The translations under genes and the position numbers were made by a program. Of a DNA stretch of 64,000 nt, positions 11,074 to 23,798 are shown piece after piece. The notes beneath the pieces were generated by a model. The model ran no database searches. It had not been told where the DNA came from and saw only the letters and a list, made by a program, of their open reading frames with translations. Each line of letters opens with the position of its first letter. Within the stretch, counting starts at the first letter, position 1. This DNA comes from Rhizodiscina lignyota (taxonomy: Eukaryota), in NCBI GenBank assembly GCA_010015805.1, contig ML978124.1, positions 310,001 to 374,000 on the forward strand, in the 5' to 3' direction.

Positions 11074-14000
11074 TGAGGTGGTGATGAGAGGTGAAGAGAC
11101 TGGGCCAGCGACAGGCTGGTGGGCTGAATCTGTTGACACGCTGAAGTAGGTAAGAGTGGATACGAGTTTGCTCAGTGTATTAATTGGCTTGGTACACGAG
11201 TGCACCCACTGGCTAAAGCGGACTGGGTAGAATGTAATATAGAATGAGGTAGCCATGGGACGTAGAAAGCGGCGAAACGAACGACAACGCGCTCGAGAAT
11301 CACATCAATCTGCCCTAGGTACCTGGCATGGGGCAAGCCGGTGAAGTGTGGTAGTTGTAGGTGGTCTGACAGAAGAGAGAGAACTTACATCTTTGAGATT
11401 GACTCCTGTGAAGATTTATCAAGAAGAGGAGGGCGGGTATTCAAAGGAGCCGAATGGGGCGGTGACAGATCAACCGAGTCTAGGCGTCGAAGTATCTCGT
11501 CCAAATCTGGAAGCATGCTGGCTCAACCGACGCCGTGGTGCTATCGTGATGTTGAGGTTGGACAGTGTTGTGGGAGAGATGGTGGGAGAAGATGGGTGGA
11601 AAGCAGAAAACTTTTGTGGGTTTTGGCGAGGCCTGCTGGCTCCTCGTCAGGGTAGGGCAGTGTAGCTTGCAACAATTGCAGGCTGTGAGGTGGATGTATT
11701 GACAACGGGGAAGGCCGTCGAACCCTTCAGTCAAATACGCTTTCAACAGCCCATGAACAGGTTCGATGTTGGTGTAAGAGTTGATGACTGACAAGAATCG
11801 GAATTTATAGGCGCGAAACTGATTACATAGCTGACCGGTCCGATCGGCGGTGATGCTGCAGAGGTGTGCCTGCCCAGGTGAGACTCATGTGCTGCCTCTG
11901 GGCGTTCCCTATCGCTCTACCACCCAATCCTTTGGAAATATCCTCGACTTTGGGAGCCGGGTCTCCACGTATCAGTCGACGAAGCTGCGCTCTCCTCTTA
12001 TACAACTTCACTATGCTTCATGCACTGTGTGCCCTTGTTCTTCAAGCATCAGCCGCGCGGTCAGACATATGCCAAAATCCCTTGGCCCGACCGAGTCAAC
12101 AGCGATATCTCGCCCTCTCAACAACACACCTCATATCCGGCTATAGAGACACTGCGTCGACCGTTCCGCAGTTGGATAGTCTATGGTCAGACAGTGTTGG
12201 AGGCAGCCGGAACTTGATGAAATGACCAGCGCAGATCTGACGAGTCGGCCACGAGCTGGAGACCTCCAAGGAAAACACCACATGGCGACGACTTCCTCTC
12301 CTCGATCTTCTCCGGTTTCTCTCGAGTAGTATTCCTTCATACCAAACGTCTCCTTGGAGAAAAAGAATCAAGCGCAACTCTCGAACGCTCTTTCAGGACG
12401 ATCATCAATGAACAAGAAGATGGTGATGGGTTAAGGATGTTACGAACATAAACAAGAAGATTTGGTGGATCTAGAGCGATACAGATGTTGTTGAGTTGAG
12501 AGGACGATGCTCAAGTACTCCTGGACGTCTGACGCGTGCAAATATTTTGAGGATGCCACCAGAGCCCCGAAGCAGCAGTGATATCTTCGCGACATCGAGG
12601 GTATCAAATCAGGGACGAAGTGGCATACTCAATCGAGACTGTAAGAGCAAGAAATACAAGAAGAGAAGTGGAATCATGAATCGTCGTACCACTTGGTTAA
12701 TCACCAAGTCCAGTACAAAACTGTATCGCATAGGTATCCACACGCACATATTGGTCACAGTATGCCGGAGCAAGCTCACGGGACTTCAAACGCAAGCTTT
12801 CGCTGAGGCACATGCTTGGAGGCGACGACACAAGGGACCAAGGTTCAAGTTTGGGTCGTCAATCCCAATGGACCTTTGGGTGGACTCTCAAGAGCATGCC
12901 TCCCACAGAGAATGTCAGCCAACACCAGGACGAACTGGAGCCCCTTGGTTCCAGGTGTCGAGAAGTATCTAGGTGCACAAGTACACGATTACTGAAGGCG
13001 AGAAGCTTTGCTCTACAGGCCGGTTATCGGGACACCGTTTCTGGATGGCTTCTGAGGCACTCCCAGGACGTCGGTCTTCAACGGAGTGATATCTCCAAAG
13101 GGAGGTTGCAGGAGAGCATAGTCCTCACATGCCCAGTCAGATGTGCGTAACTCGAACTGAATAAACCCTCATCGAAAGTAGTAGAGGGAGATTCCACCTT
13201 GGCAATCCGCAGAGAGAACGAGTCATCTGGCAGGCACTCGTCGCCAACCGCCTTCCAGACATGCTCTACTACGGTATAAGCCTAAATCACTCAGACTTGG
13301 GTCATGACTCCCCCAGAGTGACTGCATCACGACTGATGGAGCTTCAGTCGTCTTCGGTTGTTAACTTCTCGGTATCCGATTGATTCTGCGGGCCTCATCC
13401 AACAAGCTGAAGGACTTCCAACAAGCACTGGACGGACACAACATTACAACTAGTCTCCTCCTATCAGGATTCAACTTTAGCTGCCTGGGTACGGCCCGCA
13501 GATTGCAACTGCTCGGGTCATGGTAGCCTTTGCATTAAATATTCCAGAGCCCAGCATAGAACCCTTTGTGCGGACCTGGGACTTGACCTGCGTGGTATGC
13601 TCAGATGGCCAATGAGATTTCCGTAAGCTCCCTTTGGAACTTATTGGATTTAACCATTTTCAGTCGGATATTGGCCGTCGGTTGCCCGTAACGTGCACTC
13701 AGTAACACGATGGACGGGAATCCTCAAAGAAAGCTGACTTTTGAGAGCCGGGAGTCTCGACGCTTGCCTTCGGGGGTAAAGACCCAAGAGCTTGGGTACT
13801 CAAACAGCTGTCTGCAGGTCCTCCTGAAGTCAAACCTGGACGCCCTGCGCCAGCATTCAGAGGCCTGATCGTTCATCCTTGGTTGTCATGTTTCCCATAC
13901 TTGATCTCAGCATATCAACAGGATACGTATGACCTAGTTGTCTCCTGCCGGCGTGAGTGTAGTGCGCCTAGAAATATCGTCCTCCTCACAGCGGATATTG

Positions 14001-15105
14001 AGATGTGTGGCCTGATGGCCTCTACTGGTGGTCCTCGCTGACAAGCCGTCCAAGCTCTTGTCAAACGTATGCTAAGGACGCACAGCTTCCATCAGCTTGT
14101 CTATATCATGTCCGCTCGATGCCTCCCGCGCTGAGGATCTCAAGAGCAGCCATATGTGAGCGGTTGTACTGATGGTGCTACATCGTAGTAGTGACTGCGG
14201 TGGTTCCTGATGAAACAGCTCGACGTCTCTCATCGATACTGTCTCTCATGTCATCTGACGCCGTTTCATCTCTTCCTCTTTCCATACTTCTTGTAGTGTA
14301 GTTCGTAAATGGCGCAATGAAATGGTGGTGTTGTTAGACTTGCGGCACGGCGTCGAGAGCTTGTGGTGAAAGCTGAGGAAGGAGGCAGGTAGGTAATAGG
14401 CAGGTAGGCCTAATGGCAGGTCTCTGCGTCTGTTCGTCGTTATTCTCGCTGATCTGCTGGAGTTCCTTCGCGTTTCTTATTCTCGTCTATGTCTTGAAAG
14501 AGGTAGGTATGGTGGGCGGCCAGGAAGGGTTGGGTTGACCACGATGCCGACCGCTGTTTGCTTCTGGTTCTGGACAGAAAACAAACGTGTAATGACAATG
14601 AAGAGCCTGGACAGATGTAAATGCTCCTGTCTCTGCTGATTTTTGTTAAGCTCTGCCGTTTGGCCTCTCAGTTGTTGGGTTGGTTGTTTTTGGCACGCCG
14701 TCTTGAGAGGGCTGATCGATCATCTACTCCTCGAGGTGATGCAACGTCAGAAAGCAATCGCGTTACAAGACAAGAAGTTTATTAGCATCTGGTTGCTCAG
14801 TATTTCTTCGATTTCTCTCTCATCGTCGCCGTCGTTCATTTGCTAAAGAAGGTTGGCTAGAAGATCGGCAAAGCATCCCGCGCTCTCATATTGATCAGGG
14901 AAACTTTGTAGACACTGCAATGCACTGGTGGGCACGGCTTGAACCCGAAAGATAAATCATGCACTGGTCAAGTCAATCTAGGGCATCCAAACAGCTGGAC
15001 TATCCTCCCTGAGCATAGGGGCTCCCATGGGGTGGCTGCAAGAGTGCGTTGCCTGTGGCAATACTCTGCACTACCGCCTAGCGAGCAGGGGTAGGCGCAC
15101 CGGGG

Positions 15106-15112
15106 TATATAA
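15106..15112 (+). promoter_or_regulatory. TATA box followed by a CT-rich tract and a CA-rich leader
   Basis: TATATAA at 15106-15112, pyrimidine tract at about 15123-15147, caac repeats, then ATG at 15169. This is a typical fungal core-promoter layout. Confidence 0.55.
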
Positions 15113-15168
15113 GCTCCCCAAATTTCTTTTCTTTCTCTTTCCTCTTCAACTCACAACAACAACTCATC

Positions 15169-15796
15169 ATGACAATCATCACCACAACCATGATGAAAGC
15201 AAAATCCATCAAACCAGTGCTTAAAATCTCTCTCTATAACCTCCCTCTGCCTCCTTGCTACTTTATTGTTGCCCTCCGCCCTCATCTGGCTCCTCTGGCT
15301 CCTCTTCTGGCTCCTCCTCTGGCTCCTCCTTCCTCTCTTCCGTAAGTAAAAACACCCAACGTCATCTCAGTCTAGCACTAACATACCAAGAATCTTTTGG
15401 AAGACTGTCGACGATGTCGCAGCACTCTTGATGCCCCCCTCAACACAAGCTATCGCAAAGTTCGAGGCATTCGGAGACCAAGTGGTCCATTGTTATCTAT
15501 TTGATCGTGTTGTTAACCATACCAGATGTGGAAGTAATGGCCTCACGGCTTGTTCTTCACGCGTAAGCTCCAAACTGACTGTACTTGTTACTATTCAGGG
15601 CGGGCCCAAGCGGAAGACATTCTTCGCGGGTAAGCTTCAATCCAGCTTTGCCGATCTGAGGAGTAATTCCAGACGACGGCATTGTCTGGTGCGGGCCCAA
15701 CCGCAAGACATCACTTTCACGTCTGATATGCTTAACAGCCATCAAATAGATAACAATGGACTAGTTGGTCACCAGATGCTTCAAATTTTGCAATAG
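15169..15796 (+). CDS. Orphan spliced ORF (192 aa), or the host transcript of the inverted repeat
   Basis: Exon 15169-15341, intron 15342-15390 (GTAAGT..CTAAC..AAG), then the frame joins the 15428..15796 ORF. No recognisable domain; it may be non-coding or a relic. A second textbook intron lies at 15894-15942. Confidence 0.3.
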
Positions 15797-15841
15797 CCTG
15801 CGTTGCAGGCGTTAATGTTAACAGAGGCATCAAGAGTGCTG
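15420..15841. repeat. Long imperfect inverted repeat (arms about 15420-15550 and 15699-15841, spacer about 148 nt)
   Basis: The outer 16 bp are perfect (cagcactcttgatgcc / ggcatcaagagtgctg). A 21-bp perfect core, gtccattgttatctatttgat (15485-15505), pairs with 15741-15761. Similarity is continuous along the arms. Confidence 0.9.
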
Positions 15842-16582
15842 TAAAACTTTACTCCTTAGGTGAAGAGAAGGGGAAAGAGAAAGTGTCATACGGGTAAGTA
15901 CAACCAGCATGACGTCGAGGCCGCCGAACTGACCCTCCATAGCGCGCAGGTCCATTTTCCCATGGGCCAGACCCGGGCAAGTCAGTAAAAGGCCTTGTGA
16001 CACCAACAATACATCCCGGGCGCGGATGGTTCCTCATTGCGGTCGACAGCGATGATGCCGAAAAGCTCGACAATCCTGTGCCATTGTGCACCACGTCAAC
16101 TGCCTCCTCTATGACGGCCTCATACTTGCACAAGATGCTATCGACACCGGCGATTCTTTCCCACCACACACTTCTTACGACAACATTCAGGGATCATGGG
16201 CGGAGTTTGATGTCGGACTGGGTCCCGCAGAAGCGCAACGAGAACAAGTCGGCCGACTGCGGTGGGGTTGTGAAGGGCAGCAGGTGGAGATCATGGAGGC
16301 GAAGCGAGAGGGGGAACTCGAGCAAGCAGGCGGTATCAGATGGCACTCAGTTTTCTTTGGGTTACTATAGATGGTGGAGGTTTCGGCAATAGGTTATGTT
16401 CTCGTTTCATGGCTTCGTTTGCTATCTTGTCATGTGTCCACGCAATGCATCAGACAAAGTTCTAACCAGTGACCCTTTTCAATCTGCCAACGCCATGCAT
16501 GTAGATGACCCTTTGCTTCTGTGCACGCTAGCCTCCGTGGTATTACATGATTTCTCATCGAAGCGTTCATCAAGAAAAGAAA

Positions 16583-19500
16583 TTAGGCATCGTTTGGTGG
16601 CGGAGCATCAGCTGGGAACCTCGCCACCAACTCCTCAATCTTCGGCACAAGTTCCGGTATCCTGAACGGTTTTGAGACGACATCATCCTGCGATTTATTA
16701 GCCATGCTTCCTCTCATTCCCATCAAAGCATGGACATAGAAAAAGCGGCACACTTACCATACCCGCAGCCAGCAGTGCCTCAATCTGCTCCTGCCGCGCA
16801 TTCGCCGTAACCGCAATGATCGGAAGATGCCTCACAAGCTCTCCACTACGCTCCCACTCCCGTATCTTCTTCGTGCAAGTGACTCCGTCCATGACCGGCA
16901 TCTCCTGGTCCATCAACACAACATTCAGTTCCTTCACCTCCTTCCCATTCGCCGCGTTGTCGCGCCAATGGCTTGTCTCACGCAGTCGCTCGAGCGCTTC
17001 GCCGCCGTGGTTCGCCACGTTGACATCGAAGCCCGCGTTGCGGAGCTGCTTCTGCAGTACTCGCTGATTGACAAGGTTGTCTTCGACGATGAGCACTTTG
17101 ACTTCGCCGTCCTTGCGCTTCGGCCGCGCCGCTGGCTGGGGTGCAAAGTCTCGCGTCTTGACGTCCGAGGACGTCTTGGTGTCGACGACATTGCTGGTCA
17201 GGCGCGATATGGTGAGCATGTGACCGGCATCGTCACTGGGTCGCACACTCCGTCGAGCTTTGACGTAGAAGGCAAATGTGCTTCCTCGTCCTTTCTCGCT
17301 GCTTACGCCGATCTCTCCGCCTTGAAGCTCTGTCAATTCGCGCGAGATGAAGAGGCCCAGACCGCTGCCTCCATACTGTACGTGCGTGCGAGGGCTCGCT
17401 TGCGAGAAACGTAGGAAGAGCATCTTCTTTTCTTCGTCAGACAGACCACGACCAGTATCCTGAACCGCAAACTGCACAAAGACCTCTTCACCAGAGCCCC
17501 AATCCGGACCCTGCGTCATGTCGAGGCGCTTTGAGCGCGAGGGAAAATAATCAACCATTCTCTTACTATCAGGAAGATCTGACGGCCTTGTCATCGATGC
17601 CCCGATAGTAACACGGATCGTCTTCTTGTTAGCTTCCGTGCTTGTGAATTTGATCGCGTTCGTTGTGAGGTTGATGAGGACCTGCAGGACTCTACTCGGA
17701 TCGACACGAACCCAGTCAATGCCAAGATCATTAAACGATTTGTCGACGGTGAATCTCATCTCAATAGCCGCAGTTGCAACCTCGCTCTCAAACATCTTGA
17801 GAGCACGCTGAACAACTTCCACAGGCCTGACATCAACCGGTGTGACCATCAGCATCGCTGAGTCAAGCTTAGACAGCGTCAGGACATCGTCGACAATACG
17901 CTTCTGATGCTGTGCGCATAGTCCGATTGTTTGCGCCGCGTCGATGCTCGAATCCAGAATAGGGTCAAGCTTGAGACTCTCATATGCCGCCTTCTTGTCC
18001 GTGGCTGTCTCATTCCGGAAATTGATAAGCGTGGTCGATATCTCGTCTGCGCACTGAAGAATGGCACTGAGCGGGTTGCGCATCTCATGGCTAGTGATGT
18101 CAATGAAATTCTCCTGCTGCCTCTTCAGCTCGACCGCCTCTTCCATCTTGCGCTTCTGGAAGCCTTCGGCCCACTTCTGCTGGCTGATGTTCGTGACGCT
18201 GCCAAACACGCTTTTAATGTTGCCTTCGCGCGCACTGTATCCTCCTCCGCCATCAATATCCGGATCAATGACATCCGCAGTATACTTTTCCGGATACGCA
18301 GAGAAGAGGACCCAAGTGTCGCCTCTGTTGCCATTCTTGTCCTCCCACAATGCCTTGAAGCGGAACTCACAGGTGACAGGTCTTTTGTTCTCGATGAGAT
18401 CCTTCCAGTAATGTCGTACCATATCGCGATCCTCATCCATGATGGCGTCCATCCAGCGATCCGTGCTATTCGTGTTCTTCGGTACACGCGTTATTTCGTA
18501 CCAGGTATCGTTGCAGTATGTGATGTGGCCTTGAGAATCCGCTATGAAAAGCCCTGTGGGACTGAATTCCGCCATGCGGGTGAAACGCGTCTCTATGTCT
18601 CTGGCCTCTTGCGTGCGAGCGGCAAGTTGCTGGCTTAATTCTATCCTGTCAAGCGCGGCCAATTTGGCAGCCCTCTGACCACGGCGGATTTCCTCTTCGA
18701 AGAGAACGACAGAAGCAAGAGAGGTGGCCAGCTGACGACTGAGCAGTTGTATGAAAAGGTGGTAGTCGTCATCATATGGACGGCGAGGGTTGACTCCTAG
18801 CACAAGAAAGCCAAGATTCGTCTCGCCAGTCGTTGGATGAACAGGACAAACCACTACAGCATGGCAGGGATCACCAAAACCGCGCCATTCAATGCCGCTC
18901 AGCATTGCTTCAGATATGTGGCCAGAGCCAGCGTGTGGAGCGCCGCTACTTTCAGATCCATATTCCAGTGACGCAAGATCCAAATCGATAGCTGACTCGT
19001 TTAAATCGGATCGAACGTCCAGTAAGACTGGTTTGTCTAACTTCATGACCTCGCGGAAAATCGGACCAAATCCATCATGTCCTTCTTTGAGATCAATCTG
19101 CGCAGGCGCTGCAGGATGACCTGGAGGTACGCCAAGTGAACCTTCAAGAAAGCATTGTTTGGTTCCAAACAAGCTGCTTGAATGGATTGAGCTTGAGTCG
19201 CTGTCGTTCTCGTCCGAGACGGAATACAGCAATACGAACGGAGTATCATGTTCGTTGTCTTGAAGTGCGACTGATACTTGGTCCCAGAAGCCTTTGACAT
19301 CCCTCGCAGTAGCTGTGCGCTCTCCAACCTCTCTGAGGGTAAGCATTCGCCTTTCGGCAATCTTTCGTCGAGTCTTCTCAAATGCAGGGTTGTAAAGACC
19401 AGTCACACTGCCGTCAACGCCAACCATAGGAATAATAGACCAAGAGAAGTAGGTCTCTTCGAGGTAATCTGATCGCTTAATGAAGAGACAATCATCATCC

Positions 19501-21397
19501 TGGCCAGACATCAGTGGAATTCTGTGTCAAAGGCGCAATAACCAAAAATGTGAAAAATAGAGGGACATATTCTTTGCACGTCCAGAGGTATTTGATAGTT
19601 GCTTACCTTCATCGTAGCTTCCCCAGTTTGTCGCGCGCTTGTAAAGACGTCCTGGACTTCTTCCCATATTTCCGCCCACGCATCGCGATAGCGCTGGCCC
19701 ATGAGTCTTGGATGTTTCTGCCCCGCCAACAGAACATATGCTTCATTGTAGATCGCAACCAGGTCCTCCCCCCAATACATTGCCGCAGGATGTGGACTTG
19801 CCATGATTAGGTTGCACATCTGCCTTAGATCGGCCGCCCAATGCTCGATGGGACCAAGCGCTGTTGATGCCCAGTCGATGCTGCGCGCGAAGCGGATGTG
19901 TGATGGGAGGTCGTCAGATACTGGCAGACGAGTCCAATCAAAGAAGCCTTGTGAAGAAGACGTGTCGGTGGATTCTGGAGGAGAGATGCGCGAGAGCGGC
20001 ATGGGAGAAAGATGTCTAGATGACGAGGAGTGAGAAAATGGGTCTACTTGCGCAGCAGTAGTTGCACCAAGGACGAACTCAGCTGCCAGTGATGGATTCA
20101 TCTCCATCGCCTCAATTATACCGCTAGTATGGTTGATTATACGTCCATTGTAGCCAATTTGAGGCACTTTGCTAGGATCTGGCGGCTGAATAGTATGACT
20201 TTCCTTTGCCTTCGCATTGACGTCTTCAGGAACGGCTGTTGCAGAGCTTTCCTCTGCTTCACTTGGAGGAGCGGCATTTCCAAAATAATCCGCCGGCTCA
20301 GCATCGTCTTTTCGGGGTTTCTCGCGGATGGCTGTGGACTTGGGAGCTGACAAGGAGCTTAATGAGGACTGCGTTTGCGCAGGAGAACTAGATAAAACAG
20401 AGGACGCGCTGACGACTCGTAGCCGCTTTCGGATCGTAGAACAAGACCAAGCTATGCCACCGTAGAGAAACGATGGTAGACAAACGTCCAGCGACTCTCC
20501 CTGCATTGTCGCACTGAGCAACCAACTCTTGAAATGATAATATTTCTTCGCATTCTCTGAGGTTGGTGAACTCTGAGCCAAACTTGGTGGCCCCCCTGGA
20601 TCTATAGCTTTCCCAGTAACCAAGTCTAGCCACGCCTGATTGGTGCGCAAAGCGGAATTGATGAACACGATCCGCAATGACCCTGGACTGAAATTTGCGG
20701 TTTCTGCCAGATCCACGATGAATGTCGGCCTGCCATCCTGCTCCAGAAGCTCTACGATGCCCACTTCACTCAATATCCTCAAACCCCCAGTATTGTCATC
20801 CCACTCAGGTGATATACTTCTTGGGATTCGTTCAGAGGAAAGACGTGGTATGCTAGTTGGAGGCAGCGGGCGGGACTCGGTAAGAATACCACGGGCAAGG
20901 GCGACCGTTCTTATACCACTGTCCTCGCCATGGGTCTTGCTCAACATCCTTGCCGCCGCCTCAGAGCTGGAGAAGCGCGCTGGTAACGGAGGCCGTTCGC
21001 GTTTGGTATTATTCGAGAAGAATAGAGGTGAAGGAGGCTGATTGGGACTTGTAGGATTCGGAGGAAAGTCGAAGTCCTCGAGGGTATGACGATAGTGGCC
21101 GTGTAGTCGTCTTCGCTTGTGGATCGGTGGTGGAAGGGAGGACGGGGGCTTGATGGGCTGAGAGGCCTGAACAATGGAGCGCTTCCGAGTATCAGCAGAG
21201 ATTGAAACGCTGGCAGGTTCTTCGTTGATTGTCGAGAATGACTTTGGAAGCGATATCGAGCGTGGCTGCAGCGTGGGTCTGTCAGACTGTCGAGGCGCGT
21301 TCGAGCTCCATGCTTTGTCTTGCGATGGTTGTATCTGGTTCGGTTTGTTGACTGACGAGGACCCAAAGATAGACTTGGGATTGGAGTTGCTGCTCAT
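16583..21397 (-). CDS. Hybrid sensor histidine kinase/response regulator with PAS/GAF-like input domains; 3 exons
   Basis: Exons 21397-19607, 19499-16758 and 16687-16583. H-box SHEMRNPL, N-box NLTTNAIKF, G1 DTGRG, G2 GGSGLGL, receiver VLIVEDNLVN..LMDQEMP..DDVVSKP. Confidence 0.95.
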
Positions 21398-23798
21398 AGA
21401 GACCAAGTGCTGCTTAGGACGCGGGGAGTACGAGAGGTCTAAGGCATCGCAACGATATCGGGAAATGTCGAGCGGCGATCATCGACGTCAATGGCTGCGG
21501 AACCGACAAGCTTTGAAGGGGGCGAAAACGCAAGGAATGGGAATGACGTTCGTGTTGCTAGGGTACTTAGGGGGTATGAAAGAAAATGAAGCCTGCCAGA
21601 AGTGTAAGAGGTGCTCGAAAGGATAAAGAGAGCTTGGAAGTGAAAGTGCAGGGAACTGAGTCGCGAGACGGTGGAGATTCTCATCGTGATCGGCCGTGAT
21701 CTGCAATGGGGCTGATATTTCCCATCCCTCTTAGCGGCGCACCATGGCACACGCCGGCAATTCCATCTTCACCATCGTTCCTAACATGCCTCCGAGACTG
21801 TCGACGCGATATTGAGGTGTAGGAAGAAGTCACAGTGGCCATTACCTACTGCTCTCATATTGATCGCCCTACGTCGCGGGCCCTTACTGCGGATGCATGC
21901 AAGCTGGAGCCCAGACGCGTCTCTCCCGCCAACCACCAAGCCCAGGAACCGGCAACTCTATCTCAACTTCATCTCTTCCCATGCAGTTCACATGAGAGCC
22001 GTACTTGCCCACTCGGGATGTGGAACAATGACTGAGCTCTTACTGAATTGTACCCTGATTGGTTCGCAACTGAGGCTATGACTACTTTTAGGAAGATGCG
22101 GTCGACGCGTGGCCGTGGATGTGACGTCTCGGCCTGTAACTTCTCTATTTTCTCTCTGCATATCAGTACCCTCAATGTGGGAGATCCTCTGCTAAGCTCA
22201 CAGGCTTTCGACAACCGCTTGGCAAATTCATGAAGTCGCTGCCGCCCGTAATGAACGCGTTTGTCGGCAACGTTCAGTGGCATCACTTTCCTCGTCAACA
22301 AGTGCCGCCACACTTGCTGAGCTTCTGAAACGGTGACATATCTCTTGTCCAGGCATCTGCACTTGAGAAAATATAGTCAAGGTCATGTTCGACGTGCTCC
22401 TCTTCCTACTCCGAGACCTGATATGAATTTGCACGGACTCTTATTCTGCATATGCTAGGTGCTGTTTACTTATGGGTTGCTTATGATGGGCCGGCCCAGC
22501 GTAGCGTTAAAGTCAGCCAACTCCAGGACTTGTTGGCTCCGTCAGGGTGGTTCGCGGACGGATGTGCGGAGTCTCAACCATTCCTCAACATTTCTTTTAG
22601 TTACGTATCTTTTCGATGTCAATCTCATACCAAATTTTTATCGCACCGGAGAAGAACCAGGCCTGCCATCGGCAAAGCTTGCAGGCCCTTTAATCTTTGA
22701 TTTTTGTCACATTGTCAGCAGACACTGGGTTTAGCCACCCCGCGAATGAAATGACAAGCCAGTGGAGTCGCCGTCACTCTGATCTCAGAGGAAGGGCTCA
22801 AAATGTTGTCTTAGAGACGTGGCACTCGCGGCTTCGCTTGCGTCTGGCGGCCTATTTTGGTGGCAAGCGTTATTGGGTAATTCATTTTGCTATTCTGTAA
22901 CCCTGTCTTATCTTAATTTATAACATCTGTGATCATACAACGACAGATGGACCATCTCCGAGGACAGCAGACGTCTAGCAGCTTCCATTAGCATATCGAC
23001 TAGAAGGCCTAGTTTCGATGCACGATGCGCACGATACATACGGCAAATATTTGTTCTTCTGCGATGACGACACCTGTTCCTATCAGCTTGTGTACGTCAG
23101 TAATTCTAAAGCGTACGGCTTCTCAGCATCCGTCCACTACTGCAAAAGTTATTGCCGCAAACACTCAGAATTCCTTTGTCCTTGATGGACCCCCAGGCTG
23201 CGCGAGCCCCCACAACCTACGAGAGTGCACCAAAGTCAAAGAGTTTATCGGAATTTCCTGTGCGGAAGATCCAGTTTTGCACATGACAGGATGAATGAAG
23301 CTCGTCAAGTATGAATATTTAAAGAGGCGGGCTACGAAAGGGCGAATTGCTTCAGTTGCAGGGCAGTGCGACGGACGGTAACGGATACGAAGGATATAAG
23401 CAATGGAGTGCGTAATCCAATCCTCATTGGAGTACATAGGTGCTTTGGCAAAAATTAATTATATTCGTTAAAGTGTGACTGGAGCAAGGCATATCGTACA
23501 AAGCTTCAGCCATGCTCCCCCTTGATCGAAGTACAGCTTGAAATTACTTATCCTGCACTTTTTCGACATCCAGCGGCGCCAAATGCCTATCCTGTCACCT
23601 GCAACATAGTGACGATAAACATTAACCGCCTTATCCATACAGTAAAGTTCTCCGAAACTTAGAAGGGAGCACGTGCACCGAGGAGGTCTGTTCGGGTAAT
23701 TTCCGGTAGATGGTAGATTATCGGCTAAACTCTGTCTCCAACCTCGTTAAATCGCGCCTTCGGTCGCGTTCTGCAACAACAATATCACAAACGCCAAA

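Noticed and set aside
15420..15841. Interpretation as a Tc1/mariner-type MITE (CAG..CTG ends, TA on the right)
   Set aside because: The left flank is CG, so there is no matching target-site duplication. Arm similarity extends about 130 bp with synonymous-site bias, which fits a gene-derived inverted duplication better. Not fully excluded without a copy-number search.
17931..18638. Antisense ORFs over the histidine kinase (and similarly over NOC2, ALDH, Ran and YSC84)
   Set aside because: Shadow ORFs produced by codon bias of well-supported genes on the opposite strand.
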